A stretch of DNA of 64,000 nucleotides from positions 6,022-70,021 of the forward strand of contig JAJYKK010000006.1 of the NCBI GenBank assembly GCA_021788645.1, given 5' to 3'. Below are positions 55,522-64,000 of the stretch, in pieces. Both the position numbers and the translations under genes were made by a program. The notes under the pieces are model-generated. The model saw only the letters and a list, made by a program, of their open reading frames with translations. It was not told the origin of the DNA and made no database searches. Numbering within the stretch: position 1 is the first letter of the stretch; each line of letters begins with the position of its first letter. The stretch comes from Pseudomonadota bacterium (GTDB taxonomy: Bacteria > Pseudomonadota > Gammaproteobacteria > Burkholderiales > JAKAFK01).

Positions 55522-56291
55522 ACGCGCCAGCGCCGCCGCTCCGGCTGCTCATCGTCGATGACGAGGCCCCGGCTCGGCGCCGGTTGCGCGCGCTGCTGGC
55601 CGACTGCGAGGGCGTGTTGCCGGTGGCGATCGTGGGCGAAGCGGGCAATGGGCTGGACGCCTTGCGCCTGCTCGCGGAACGACCGGCCGACGTCATCCTG
55701 GCCGACATCCGCATGCCCTCCATGGGCGGCATTGAACTGGCTCGCCATCTCCAGCAGCTGCCCAAGCCGCCGGCCATCATCTTCACCACGGCGTACGGCG
55801 ACTTCGCGATCCAGGCCTTCGAGGCCAATGCCGTCGATTATCTGCTCAAGCCCGTGCGCCCGGAGCGCCTCGTCAATGGGCTCAGAAAGGCGCGCGCCTT
55901 GCAAGCGGCGGCGCTGGCCGATCTTTCCCGGGTGGCGGGCGCCCCGACCCACCTCAGCATCGTCGAGCGCGGCAAGATCGTCCTGATCCCGGTGGACGAG
56001 GTGGTCTACCTCAAGGCCGAACTCAAGTACGTCACCGTGCGTACGTGCCCGCGCGAATACCTGATCGAGGACTCGCTCACCCGGCTCGAGCGCGAACACG
56101 CCGGCCGCTTTCTGCGCATCCACCGCAACTGCCTGGTCGCCCGCGCGCACCTCGCCGGTTTCGAAAAGGCGTCCGCGCACTCCGACAAGGAGGACGCCAC
56201 CGGGCACTGGGCAGCCATCCTCAAGGGACTGGACGAAACGCTCCCGGTCAGCCGCCGCCATATCCATGTACTGCGGGACTTCAAGGCGTGA
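55518..56291 (+). CDS. algR: LytTR-family response regulator AlgR
   Basis: 257 aa. The receiver domain is LRLLIVDDEAPARRRL...DVILADIRMPSMGGIEL. The LytTR DNA-binding domain is YLKAELKYVTVRT...FLRIHRNCLV. Its start overlaps the algZ stop. Confidence 0.9.
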   Translation: MNAPAPPLRLLIVDDEAPARRRLRALLADCEGVLPVAIVGEAGNGLDALRLLAERPADVILADIRMPSMGGIELARHLQQLPKPPAIIFTTAYGDFAIQAFEANAVDYLLKPVRPERLVNGLRKARALQAAALADLSRVAGAPTHLSIVERGKIVLIPVDEVVYLKAELKYVTVRTCPREYLIEDSLTRLEREHAGRFLRIHRNCLVARAHLAGFEKASAHSDKEDATGHWAAILKGLDETLPVSRRHIHVLRDFKA

Positions 56292-56434
56292 CCGCGGCGG
56301 CGAGGATCTCCTTGCCCCGGGACCCGCTCATCAGTATTCTATGCGCCCAGGCACCGGAGCGTCGCACCTCTGCAGGCATCCGCTCCCGATGCTCAAGGTC
56401 TCAATCCTCAAGGAAAGGGTAAAGGGCACGAGTC

Positions 56435-57802
56435 ATGTCCGACGGCGCACGCTTGCAGGAAAACGCACTGGGTCTCACCGAATCGACGATCATGGGCATC
56501 GCCGGCACGGCGCCGGCCTTCAGCGCGGCCGCGACGACGGCGGCATTGGCGGCCGGGGTCGGCATCCTCTCGCCGGCAAGCTTGCTCTATTGCGGCCTCA
56601 TCATGTTTGGCGTCACGTTCGCCTACCTGCATCTCAACCGGACCAACCCGAATGCCGGGGCGGCCTATGCCTGGGTGGGCGCGGAATTCGGCCCTGTCCT
56701 CGGCTTCTTCGCCGGCTGGGCGCTGCTGGTCGCCTCGGCGGTCTTCATGGTCTCCGGGACCATCCCCGCGGCCACGGCGACGCTGCTCCTCATCCGCCCG
56801 GACCTCGCGAGCCACCCGGCCCCCGTCGCCTGGGTGGCGGGCGCTTGGCTCGTCGTGGTGAGCGCGGTGCTCATCAAAGGCATCAAGGCGACGAGCTACA
56901 CGCAGGTGGTCATGACCCTGGTCGAGGTCGGCGTATTGGTGGCGGTCAATGTGGCTGCCTTCGTCCAATATGGGAGTCACCCGGCGCACCCCTTCAGCTG
57001 GACCTGGCTCTCGCCGCTGGCATTCACGCCCAAGCTCTTCGCGACCGGCGCGCTGACGTCGCTGTTTTTCTTCTGGGGCTGGGACGTGACGGTCAACCTC
57101 AACGAGGAGACGCGTGATGCCGCCAGCGTGCCGGGGCGGGGGGCGCTGGCCGCCATGGTGATCGTGCTGCTGCTGTTCGTTACCTTCGTCACCGCCACGC
57201 AGCTCGTCCTGACCGATGCGCAAATTCAGCAGGCGGGCACGGACGTCATCTTCGCCGTCGCCGACAAGCTTTTTCCCCGCCCCTGGAGCTACATGGCCGT
57301 CCTCGCCGTCATGCTGAGCACCATCGGCACCCTGGAAACATCGATCCTCCAATTCACGCGCACCATGTTCTCCAAAGGCCGCGACGGCTCGCTTCACCCG
57401 CGCTATGCGCGCCTGCACAGGAACTGGAAGACGCCATGGGTCGCCACCGTGACCATTGCGGGTTTCGGACTGGCGCTGCTCGCGCTCGCCTCGACCTTCC
57501 CGAGCGTGAACACGATCATCCACGACTCCGTCAATGCCATCGGGTTTCAGGTCGCGTTCTACTATGGGCTCGCGGGGTTTGCGTGCGCCTGGGCGTACCG
57601 CAAGGAAGCCCTGGATTCGGTCCGGCATTTCGTCACCTTGCTGGCCTGGCCGGCCGCCAGCGCGCTGTTTCTGGTGTTCGTCGCCTTGTACAGCATCCCC
57701 ACCTTCGATGTCACGACCAACATCGTCGGCTTGGGCGGCATCGCGATCGGGGTCGTGCCCTGGTGGCTGAACCGGCGCCGGCTGAGCGTCGATCCCGCTT
57801 GA
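56435..57802 (+). CDS. APC-family amino acid/polyamine permease
   Basis: 455 aa with 12 predicted hydrophobic segments. GLTESTIMGIAGTAPAFS...NPNAGAAYAWVGAEFGPVLGFFAGW is present. Confidence 0.88.
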   Translation: MSDGARLQENALGLTESTIMGIAGTAPAFSAAATTAALAAGVGILSPASLLYCGLIMFGVTFAYLHLNRTNPNAGAAYAWVGAEFGPVLGFFAGWALLVASAVFMVSGTIPAATATLLLIRPDLASHPAPVAWVAGAWLVVVSAVLIKGIKATSYTQVVMTLVEVGVLVAVNVAAFVQYGSHPAHPFSWTWLSPLAFTPKLFATGALTSLFFFWGWDVTVNLNEETRDAASVPGRGALAAMVIVLLLFVTFVTATQLVLTDAQIQQAGTDVIFAVADKLFPRPWSYMAVLAVMLSTIGTLETSILQFTRTMFSKGRDGSLHPRYARLHRNWKTPWVATVTIAGFGLALLALASTFPSVNTIIHDSVNAIGFQVAFYYGLAGFACAWAYRKEALDSVRHFVTLLAWPAASALFLVFVALYSIPTFDVTTNIVGLGGIAIGVVPWWLNRRRLSVDPA

Positions 57803-57858
57803 TCGCGCAACGGCTTCGCGCACCGCTCTCGCGGGCGCCGCAGGCCGGCCGGACATCG

Positions 57859-57867
57859 TGTTAGAAT
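57859..57867 (+). promoter_or_regulatory. Extended -10 (TGnTAGAAT) sigma-70 promoter candidate for hemC
   Basis: tgttagaat lies ~95 nt upstream of the hemC start. No good -35 element is present, which is compatible with an extended -10 promoter. Confidence 0.3.
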
Positions 57868-57960
57868 GGCCATGGGCCCGAGTCGTCGGCGCGCGCCAGA
57901 CCGGCGCCGCCCGCGAAGGACCCAAGCCCTTACATCGGACATAGCGCAGGATCCCACGCC

Positions 57961-58914
57961 TTGAGCACTTCCCCGTTGTCACCCACGCCGCTCCGGAGTG
58001 TCGTCATTGCCTCGCGCGAGAGCCAGCTCGCCATGTGGCAAGCGGAGCATGTCAAGAGCCTCCTCGAGCGCTGGTATCCGGATCTCGACGTCAGGATCCT
58101 CGGCATGACCACACAAGGCGACCGCATCCTCGACAAGACGCTCAACAAGATCGGCGGCAAGGGCCTCTTCGTCAAGGAACTTGAGGAAGCCTTGGCGCAA
58201 GGGCGCGCCGATCTCGCCGTGCACTCCATGAAGGATGTTCCCATGGCGCTCCCGGAGGGATTTTGCATCGCCGCCATCGGCCCGCGCGAGGATCCGCGCG
58301 ATGCCTTCGTCTCCAACCGGTTCGAGCGCCCTGCGGCCATGCCCCCCGGCAGCATCCTCGGCACCTCCAGCCTGCGCCGCCAAAGCCAGCTCCTGGCCGC
58401 CTTCCCCCATCTCGAGATCCGCGTCTTGCGCGGAAACGTGGGCACGCGCCTGAAAAAGCTGGACGAGGGGCAGTACGACGCCATCATCCTCGCCAAGGCA
58501 GGGCTGGAACGGCTGGGCTTGGCCCACCGCGTTCGGCATGTGCTGGACCCCGAGACCAGCCTGCCGGCCGTCGGCCAGGGTGCCTTGGGCATCGAATGCC
58601 GGGCCGACCGCGCCGATGTGCAGGCGCTGCTGCGGCCCTTCAACGACGAAGACAGCGCACGGTGCGTGACCGCCGAACGCGCCATGAGCCGAGCGCTCAA
58701 CGGCAGCTGCCAGGTCCCGCTGGGGGCTTATGCGCGCATCGCCGACGGACAGCTGAGGATTCGCGGTTTCGTCGCAAGCCCCGATGGCCGCCGCATGATC
58801 AGGGCCGATCGGGCAGGCGATCCCGCACAAGCCGAGACGCTGGGCAAGCGTCTCGCGGCCGCGCTTCTCGACCAGGGGGCCGGAGAAATCCTGGAGGCAC
58901 TGGAGGAGCACTGA
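57961..58914 (+). CDS. hemC: Hydroxymethylbilane synthase (porphobilinogen deaminase)
   Basis: 317 aa with a TTG start. [16 protein letters not shown]...[11 protein letters not shown]...[12 protein letters not shown]...AVHSMKDVP is present. Confidence 0.96.
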   Translation: MSTSPLSPTPLRSVVIASRESQLAMWQAEHVKSLLERWYPDLDVRILGMTTQGDRILDKTLNKIGGKGLFVKELEEALAQGRADLAVHSMKDVPMALPEGFCIAAIGPREDPRDAFVSNRFERPAAMPPGSILGTSSLRRQSQLLAAFPHLEIRVLRGNVGTRLKKLDEGQYDAIILAKAGLERLGLAHRVRHVLDPETSLPAVGQGALGIECRADRADVQALLRPFNDEDSARCVTAERAMSRALNGSCQVPLGAYARIADGQLRIRGFVASPDGRRMIRADRAGDPAQAETLGKRLAAALLDQGAGEILEALEEH

Positions 58915-59754
58915 GTGGCGGGGCCGAACACTTCCGGCGGGACGGACGGCGACGACGCCCCGCCGCTCCTGGGGCGCACCATCGTCGTCACGCGCCCGCG
59001 CGAACAGTCAAAGGAGCTTGCCGCCCTCATCGAGACGGCCGGTGGCCTTCCCCTCTTCTTCCCCGTCCTCGAGATCCTCGACGCCGAGGATCTGCGCCCC
59101 TTCAAGGCGATCATCGCGGGTCTGGACACCTTCGACATCGCCATCTTCATCAGTCCGACGGCGGTACGGAAGGCCATGAACCTCATCCTGGCGCAACGCG
59201 CGCTCCCGGCGTCTCTGCGGGTCGCGGCCATCGGCAAGGGGAGCGCGCGGGAGCTCAAGCATTTCGGCGTCGCCCGCGTCATTTCGCCCACCGAACGCTT
59301 CGACAGCGAGCACCTCCTGGCGTTGCCCGATTTCCAATCGGTCGACGGGCGGCGTATCGTCATCTTCCGCGGGGACGGCGGGCGCGAGACCCTTGGCGAC
59401 ACGCTCACTTCGCGTGGCGCCCGCGTCGAATACGCCGAATGCTACCGGCGGGCGCGGCCCCATGCCGACGCGGGCGAACTCCTGCGACCTTGGGCGCGGG
59501 GTGAGCTCGATGCCATCACCGTGACGAGCGGCGAAGGGCTGCATAACCTTTACGATATGGTCGGGAAACTGGGGCAACAGTGGCTTAAAAATACGCCGAT
59601 CTTCGTCTTTCATGAGAGAATCGCAGAAAAGGCGGCCCGGCTCGGCTTGCAACAGGTCGTCGTCACCGGGCCGGGCGACGACGGCCTGTATCGCGGACTC
59701 ATCGCCTGGTTTAAAAGCAGCGGCGCCGCCACGGCGCGAGATGGACATGAATAA
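58915..59754 (+). CDS. hemD: Uroporphyrinogen-III synthase
   Basis: 279 aa with a GTG start immediately after the hemC stop. LLGRTIVVTRPREQSKELAALIETAGG...FISPTAVR is present. Confidence 0.9.
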   Translation: MAGPNTSGGTDGDDAPPLLGRTIVVTRPREQSKELAALIETAGGLPLFFPVLEILDAEDLRPFKAIIAGLDTFDIAIFISPTAVRKAMNLILAQRALPASLRVAAIGKGSARELKHFGVARVISPTERFDSEHLLALPDFQSVDGRRIVIFRGDGGRETLGDTLTSRGARVEYAECYRRARPHADAGELLRPWARGELDAITVTSGEGLHNLYDMVGKLGQQWLKNTPIFVFHERIAEKAARLGLQQVVVTGPGDDGLYRGLIAWFKSSGAATARDGHE

Positions 59755-60826
59755 CGTGACTCCAGAGGACCAGGGAACGCCGGGACCGCTCTCCGAAGGC
59801 GCCGCGAGCGGCATGGGTCAGGATCGCCGCCAGCCGGCCGCCGCCTGGCCCAAGCTCGCGGCGATCGCGGCGATCGTGGCGCTCGCCCTCTCGGGCTGGC
59901 AACTGTTGACCCTCCATCAGAAGTTCGCGGTGCTCAGGGCGGAACTGGGGCAACAGCTGGCACGCGCGAAGTCGGCCAATGAGGCGGACCGCCTGATGGC
60001 CTCCAACGCCCAGGAAGGCGCACGGGAGACACTGGTCAAGCTCGGGGTCCTGCAAAACACCGTCGCGCAGTATCAAGGCCAGGCGGCGGCCCTGCAGTCC
60101 CTGTATCAGCAACTCGCGAGCACCCAGGACGAGCGCAGCCTCGCGGACATCGAACAGCTGCTGTTGGACGCCAACCAGCAGGCGCAACTGGCCGGCAACG
60201 TCCATGCCGCGCTCATCGCCCTCGAACTGGCGGACAGCCAGCTCGCCACCCTCGACAGGCCGCAGCTCTTTGCCCTGCGCGCCGCGATCCGCCGCGACAT
60301 CGGGCGTCTCAAGGCCCTGCCGGCGGTCGACGTGGTCGGCATCAGCCTCGAGCTCGACGATCTCGCCCACAAGGTGGACAGCCTGCCCTTCGCCTACGAC
60401 GCAATGCAAGGCGCGGCCGTGACGGCGCAAGCGCCCCCGACGCCCAAGGGGCGTTGGGAAAGATTCGGACAGGAGCTTTGGAGCGGCGTGCGGCAACTCG
60501 TCCAGATCCAGAAAATCGGCACGTCGACGCCGCCCCTGCTGGCCCCCTCACAACGCTACTTCTTTCGCGAGAACGTCAAGCTGAGGCTGCTCACGGCACG
60601 CATCGCGCTTCTGCAGCATGACTCGGCAAGCTACCAGCGGGATATCCGAGGCGCCCAAAGCTGGATCGGCCGCTACTGCGATACGCAGGCGCCCGCCACG
60701 CGGGCGGCGCTGGGCGCGTTGGACGCACTCGCGCGCACCCCGATCAGCGTCCGACTGCCCGATATCTCCGACTCTCTGGAGGCCTTGCGCAGATATCAAA
60801 TGCTGCATGGGGGACGCCCGCAGTGA
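59741..60826 (+). CDS. hemX: HemX (uroporphyrinogen-III C-methyltransferase-like membrane protein)
   Basis: The track ORF is trimmed to the ATG at 59741, with an alternative at 59747. A single TM (LAAIAAIVALALSGWQLL) is followed by a coiled-coil periplasmic domain. The gene lies between hemD and hemY. Confidence 0.83.
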   Translation: MDMNNVTPEDQGTPGPLSEGAASGMGQDRRQPAAAWPKLAAIAAIVALALSGWQLLTLHQKFAVLRAELGQQLARAKSANEADRLMASNAQEGARETLVKLGVLQNTVAQYQGQAAALQSLYQQLASTQDERSLADIEQLLLDANQQAQLAGNVHAALIALELADSQLATLDRPQLFALRAAIRRDIGRLKALPAVDVVGISLELDDLAHKVDSLPFAYDAMQGAAVTAQAPPTPKGRWERFGQELWSGVRQLVQIQKIGTSTPPLLAPSQRYFFRENVKLRLLTARIALLQHDSASYQRDIRGAQSWIGRYCDTQAPATRAALGALDALARTPISVRLPDISDSLEALRRYQMLHGGRPQ

Positions 60827-62004
60827 AAGCCCTCTTCTGGACCCTGGCGCTGTTTGCCCTGGCCGTCGGCCTGACACTGGCCGGGAAGAACAGCCACAGC
60901 TACATCGTGGTGGTCTATCCCCCCTATCGCATCCAGCTCGCCCTCAATCTCCTCATCGCCCTGTGGGCGGCCACCTTGGCGCTCGGCTATGGCCTCGTGC
61001 GCGTCGTCGTCCATACGCTGCGCCTGCCGGCCTCGGTGCGCCGCTTCCGCGCGGACCAGCAGCGGCGCCAGGGGCGAAAGGCGCTGCTCGACGGCCTGAT
61101 CGCCTACTTCGAGGGACGCTTCGCCCGGGCCGAGAAATTGGCCGCCAAGGCGCTCGCCTTGCGGGAGTTCCCTGCCGTGAGCGCACCGCTGGCCGCGCGC
61201 GCGGCGCACGAGATCAAGGCGTTCAACAGGCGGGACGACTACTTGGCGCAGGCCGAGCGGCTCGCCCCTGGCTATCCGCTGCCGCGCCTCATGACGCAAG
61301 CCGAGCTACTGGTCGGCACGCGCGACTATGCAGGCGCGCTCGCGGCACTCCATCACGTCTATGAGATTGCGCCCAAGCACCCGGCGGCGCTCAAGCTGGA
61401 ACTGCCGGTGCAAAGCCAGGCCAAGAACTGGGAGCAGGTCCTGCAGCTCACCACCGCCTTGGAAAAGCGCGACGCCATCGAACCGGCGCAAGCCAGGCAG
61501 CTGCGCATCAAGGCGCATACGGAAATCATGACCCGCAAGGCCTCGGACAACCAGATGTTCGATGAATGCTGGGCGCGCATCCCGGCCGCGGAGCAGGTCA
61601 TCGCGCCGATCGCCCTGGCGGCGGCGCGGCACTTCATGGCGCTCGGCCGTTGCGAGCAGGCCCATGGCGTGATCGAGCGCAGCCTCGCGCGCGAATGGAA
61701 TGTCGCATTGATCAAGGCATACCCCGAATGCCGCGGCGGCGACCTGCTCAGGCGGATCGAGCAGGCGGAGCGGTGGCTGGCTGCCCATGCGGATGACGCG
61801 GCGCTGCTGCTGACGCTGGGCCGGCTATGCACACAGCAGGCCTTGTGGGGCAAGGCACAAAGCTACCTCGAAGCGAGCCTCGCGGTCGAGCCCACGGCCG
61901 AAGCCCATGTCGCGCTGGCCCAGTTGCTCGAAAACCGCAGCCAGCTCACCGATGCCTGCGTGCACTATCGCCGCAGCCTGGAACTCGCCCTTGCCGGGGA
62001 TTGA
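60823..62004 (+). CDS. hemY: HemY (heme-biosynthesis-associated TPR membrane protein)
   Basis: 393 aa. It has two N-terminal TMs (MKALFWTLALFALAVGLTLAG...) and C-terminal TPR repeats. Confidence 0.85.
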   Translation: MKALFWTLALFALAVGLTLAGKNSHSYIVVVYPPYRIQLALNLLIALWAATLALGYGLVRVVVHTLRLPASVRRFRADQQRRQGRKALLDGLIAYFEGRFARAEKLAAKALALREFPAVSAPLAARAAHEIKAFNRRDDYLAQAERLAPGYPLPRLMTQAELLVGTRDYAGALAALHHVYEIAPKHPAALKLELPVQSQAKNWEQVLQLTTALEKRDAIEPAQARQLRIKAHTEIMTRKASDNQMFDECWARIPAAEQVIAPIALAAARHFMALGRCEQAHGVIERSLAREWNVALIKAYPECRGGDLLRRIEQAERWLAAHADDAALLLTLGRLCTQQALWGKAQSYLEASLAVEPTAEAHVALAQLLENRSQLTDACVHYRRSLELALAGD

Positions 62005-62028
62005 GGGCGGCGCCCCCGCCCCGCGTGC

Positions 62029-63057
62029 TCAGGTCGCAGGCTTCGGGTCCGTCGAGAACAGGAAGGCGTCCGAGAAGAAGGCCCCTTCGGGCAATCCCCT
62101 GGCGCTGAAGGCGCGGTGGGCGGCCTCGACCATGGCCGGATTGCCGCAGACATACACCTCGTAGTCGGCGAGATTCGGGATGTCCTGCAAGACCGCCTCA
62201 TGGACAAGTCCCGTGCGCCCGGTCCACATATCGGCGGCAACCGGCTCCGACAGCACGGGAACGAAACGGAAGCCCGGCTGCGCGCGGCTCCACTCCTCGG
62301 GCAATTGCGGCATGTACAGGTCGCGCTTGGCGCGCGCTCCCCAGTAAAGCGTCATGGGCCGCCCCGATCCAACGTGAAAGGCGTGTTCGATCATGGCCTT
62401 GACCGGCGCGAATCCGGTCCCGCCGGCGACGAACAGGATCGGCTTGGCGCTGTCCTCGTGCAAGAAGAATGTGCCCAGCGGACCCTCGAAGCGCAAGATA
62501 TCCTTCTCCTTCAGCTGGGTGAAGACAGACTCGGTAAAGGTGCCGCCGGGCACGTTGCGGACGTGCAACTGGAGCAATTCGTCATCATGCGGCGCGTTCG
62601 CCAGCGAGAAGCTGCGGCGCCGCCCGTCCTTGAGCAGGATATCGACATACTGCCCGGCGAGGAACTGCAGGCGTTCGTTGGCCGGCAATTTGAGCGACAG
62701 CACCATGACATCGGGAGCCACCTGCTCCATCGCCTGCACGCGGCAGGGCAGCGTCTTGATCGGAATCTCGCGCGCCGCGCCGATCTCCCTCACTTCGATC
62801 AGCAAGTCCGACTGCGGCCGCGCGCAGCAGAACAGCGCGTACCCCGCCAGCTTCTCGTCTTCGGTGAGGGCCGTGGCCTGATAGCTTCCATAATCCACGG
62901 AGCCTTCAAGGATCTTGCCCTTGCAGGTCCCGCATGCCCCGTTACGGCATCCATAGGGAAGCGCGAAGCCCTCGCGCAGCGCGGCCTCCAGGATGGTCTC
63001 GTCGTTCTGCGTGTGAAACAGGTGCCCGCTGGGCTTGATGGTGACTTGGTGAGACAT
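62029..63057 (-). CDS. 2Fe-2S ferredoxin / FAD-NAD(P)-binding oxidoreductase (FNR family, AscD-like)
   Basis: The ORF is trimmed to the ATG at 63057. The plant-type ferredoxin motif is MSHQVTIKPSGH...PYGCRNGACGTCKGKILEG. RRSFSLAN and GGTGFAP motifs follow. Confidence 0.85.
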   Translation of the reverse strand: MSHQVTIKPSGHLFHTQNDETILEAALREGFALPYGCRNGACGTCKGKILEGSVDYGSYQATALTEDEKLAGYALFCCARPQSDLLIEVREIGAAREIPIKTLPCRVQAMEQVAPDVMVLSLKLPANERLQFLAGQYVDILLKDGRRRSFSLANAPHDDELLQLHVRNVPGGTFTESVFTQLKEKDILRFEGPLGTFFLHEDSAKPILFVAGGTGFAPVKAMIEHAFHVGSGRPMTLYWGARAKRDLYMPQLPEEWSRAQPGFRFVPVLSEPVAADMWTGRTGLVHEAVLQDIPNLADYEVYVCGNPAMVEAAHRAFSARGLPEGAFFSDAFLFSTDPKPAT

Positions 63058-63141
63058 AGAATCGATCCTCTGTTGCCAAGGCATAGGCCACACTCCCATG
63101 CGCCCAGGCAAAATAACCCGACTTGCGATAAACTGGCATCC

Positions 63142-64000
63142 ATGCGCCGACTACTGATCATCGGCCTGGGTGATGTCGCGGCTCGCGCCTTGACCCAGCT
63201 TCGAGCCCGCTACCGCGTATACGCCTTGACCCATCGTCCGGAGGCAATGCAGGACCTGCGCACGCTCGGCGTACGCCCCCTGCTGGGCGACCTGGATGAT
63301 CCCACAAGCCTCGAAAGGCTCGGGGGACTCGCCCACGCGGTCCTCTACGCGGCCCCCCCACCGGGTCGGGGCACCCACGACCCACGCACGCGAAACCTGC
63401 TCGCCGCGTTGAGTAGAGCGCAAATTCTACCACAAGCCCTCGTCTATATCAGCACGAGCGGGGTCTATGGCGACTGCCAGGGCGAGTGGGTCTCGGAGAC
63501 GCGGCCCCTCGCGCCACAGAACGCCCGCGCGCGCCGCAGGGCCGATGCGGAAGCGCGTCTGCGTGCCTGGGGGCGGGCTGGCGGGGTTCGCGTGTCCATC
63601 CTGCGCGCCCCCGGCATCTACAGCCGCGAGCGCCTGCCCATCGCCCGCCTGACCCTGGGTACGCCCGCCCTTCGCGCCGCCGAGGATCCCTACACCAACC
63701 ACATCCATGCCGACGACCTCGCACGCGCGGCGGTCGCGGCCCTGGCGCGCGGCCGCCCGGGGCGCGTCTACAACGTGGCGGACGATTCCGGCCTGCGCAT
63801 GGGGGAGTATTTCGACTTGGTCGCCGACGCCCACGGCCTCCCGCGCCCCCCGCGCATCAGCCGGGCAGAGGCGCTGCAACGCCTCCCGGAGACGCAGCTG
63901 TCGTTCATGCGCGAATCGCGGCGGCTGTCGAATACCCGCATGAAGCGCGAACTCAGGCTCAGGCTGTGCCACCCCACGGTCGCGGCCTGCATGGGAGATC
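63142..64000 (+). CDS. NAD-dependent epimerase/dehydratase (SDR) family protein (3' end outside window)
   Basis: Absent from the ORF track because it is open at the window end. Hand translation from the ATG at 63142 gives MRRLLIIGLGDVAARAL...LVYISTSGVYGD...VSILRAPGIY...HADDLARA...YNVADD, i.e. a Rossmann N-terminus and SDR-like motifs. Confidence 0.72.
   Translation, partial: MRRLLIIGLGDVAARALTQLRARYRVYALTHRPEAMQDLRTLGVRPLLGDLDDPTSLERLGGLAHAVLYAAPPPGRGTHDPRTRNLLAALSRAQILPQALVYISTSGVYGDCQGEWVSETRPLAPQNARARRRADAEARLRAWGRAGGVRVSILRAPGIYSRERLPIARLTLGTPALRAAEDPYTNHIHADDLARAAVAALARGRPGRVYNVADDSGLRMGEYFDLVADAHGLPRPPRISRAEALQRLPETQLSFMRESRRLSNTRMKRELRLRLCHPTVAACMGD

Overview
GC-rich proteobacterial chromosome segment. 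The housekeeping synteny (cyaY-lptM-lysA, then argH-algZ-algR-hemCDXY) looks gamma- or beta-proteobacterial. I recognised no rRNA, tRNA, CRISPR array, transposase or integrase. Layout from left to right: (i) 1-1900 holds a partial FadL-family porin and a DsrE-like gene that has a textbook sigma-54 promoter. (ii) 1957-34830 is a ~33 kb glycan island. It contains a WbuB-GT / heparinase-II/III-like / WecB / bi-domain oxidoreductase block. It also contains two tandem secreted-protein genes with exosortase-type C-terminal sorting signals that lack the canonical glutamate, each behind a sigma-54-like -24/-12 promoter. The rest is a minus-strand exosortase/Wzx-Wzy EPS locus: Wza-like exporter, OM barrel, chain-length protein, degenerate BY-kinase, ExeA-like ATPase, two large unusual secreted proteins, flippase, three GT4s, polymerase, sulfotransferase, exosortase-EpsI fusion, WecA-like primer, PrsT-like TPR lipoprotein and a methyltransferase. 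(iii) 35222-46200 is a complete gspCDEFGHIJKLMN type II secretion operon that reads directly into the EPS locus. (iv) 46567-49441, divergent from gspC, is a small secreted ORF paralogous to the N-terminal domain of the adjacent subtilase-superfamily protease. That protease ends in a different sorting signal (Gly9-Cys, hydrophobic helix, Arg cluster). (v) 50013-64000 is housekeeping. The most interesting hypothesis is that the exosortase EPS locus, the T2SS and the C-terminally sorted cargo form one envelope-remodelling supercluster with several non-canonical parts. Many long ORFs in the track are antisense or N-terminally over-extended artefacts of the high GC content. I trimmed or rejected these.
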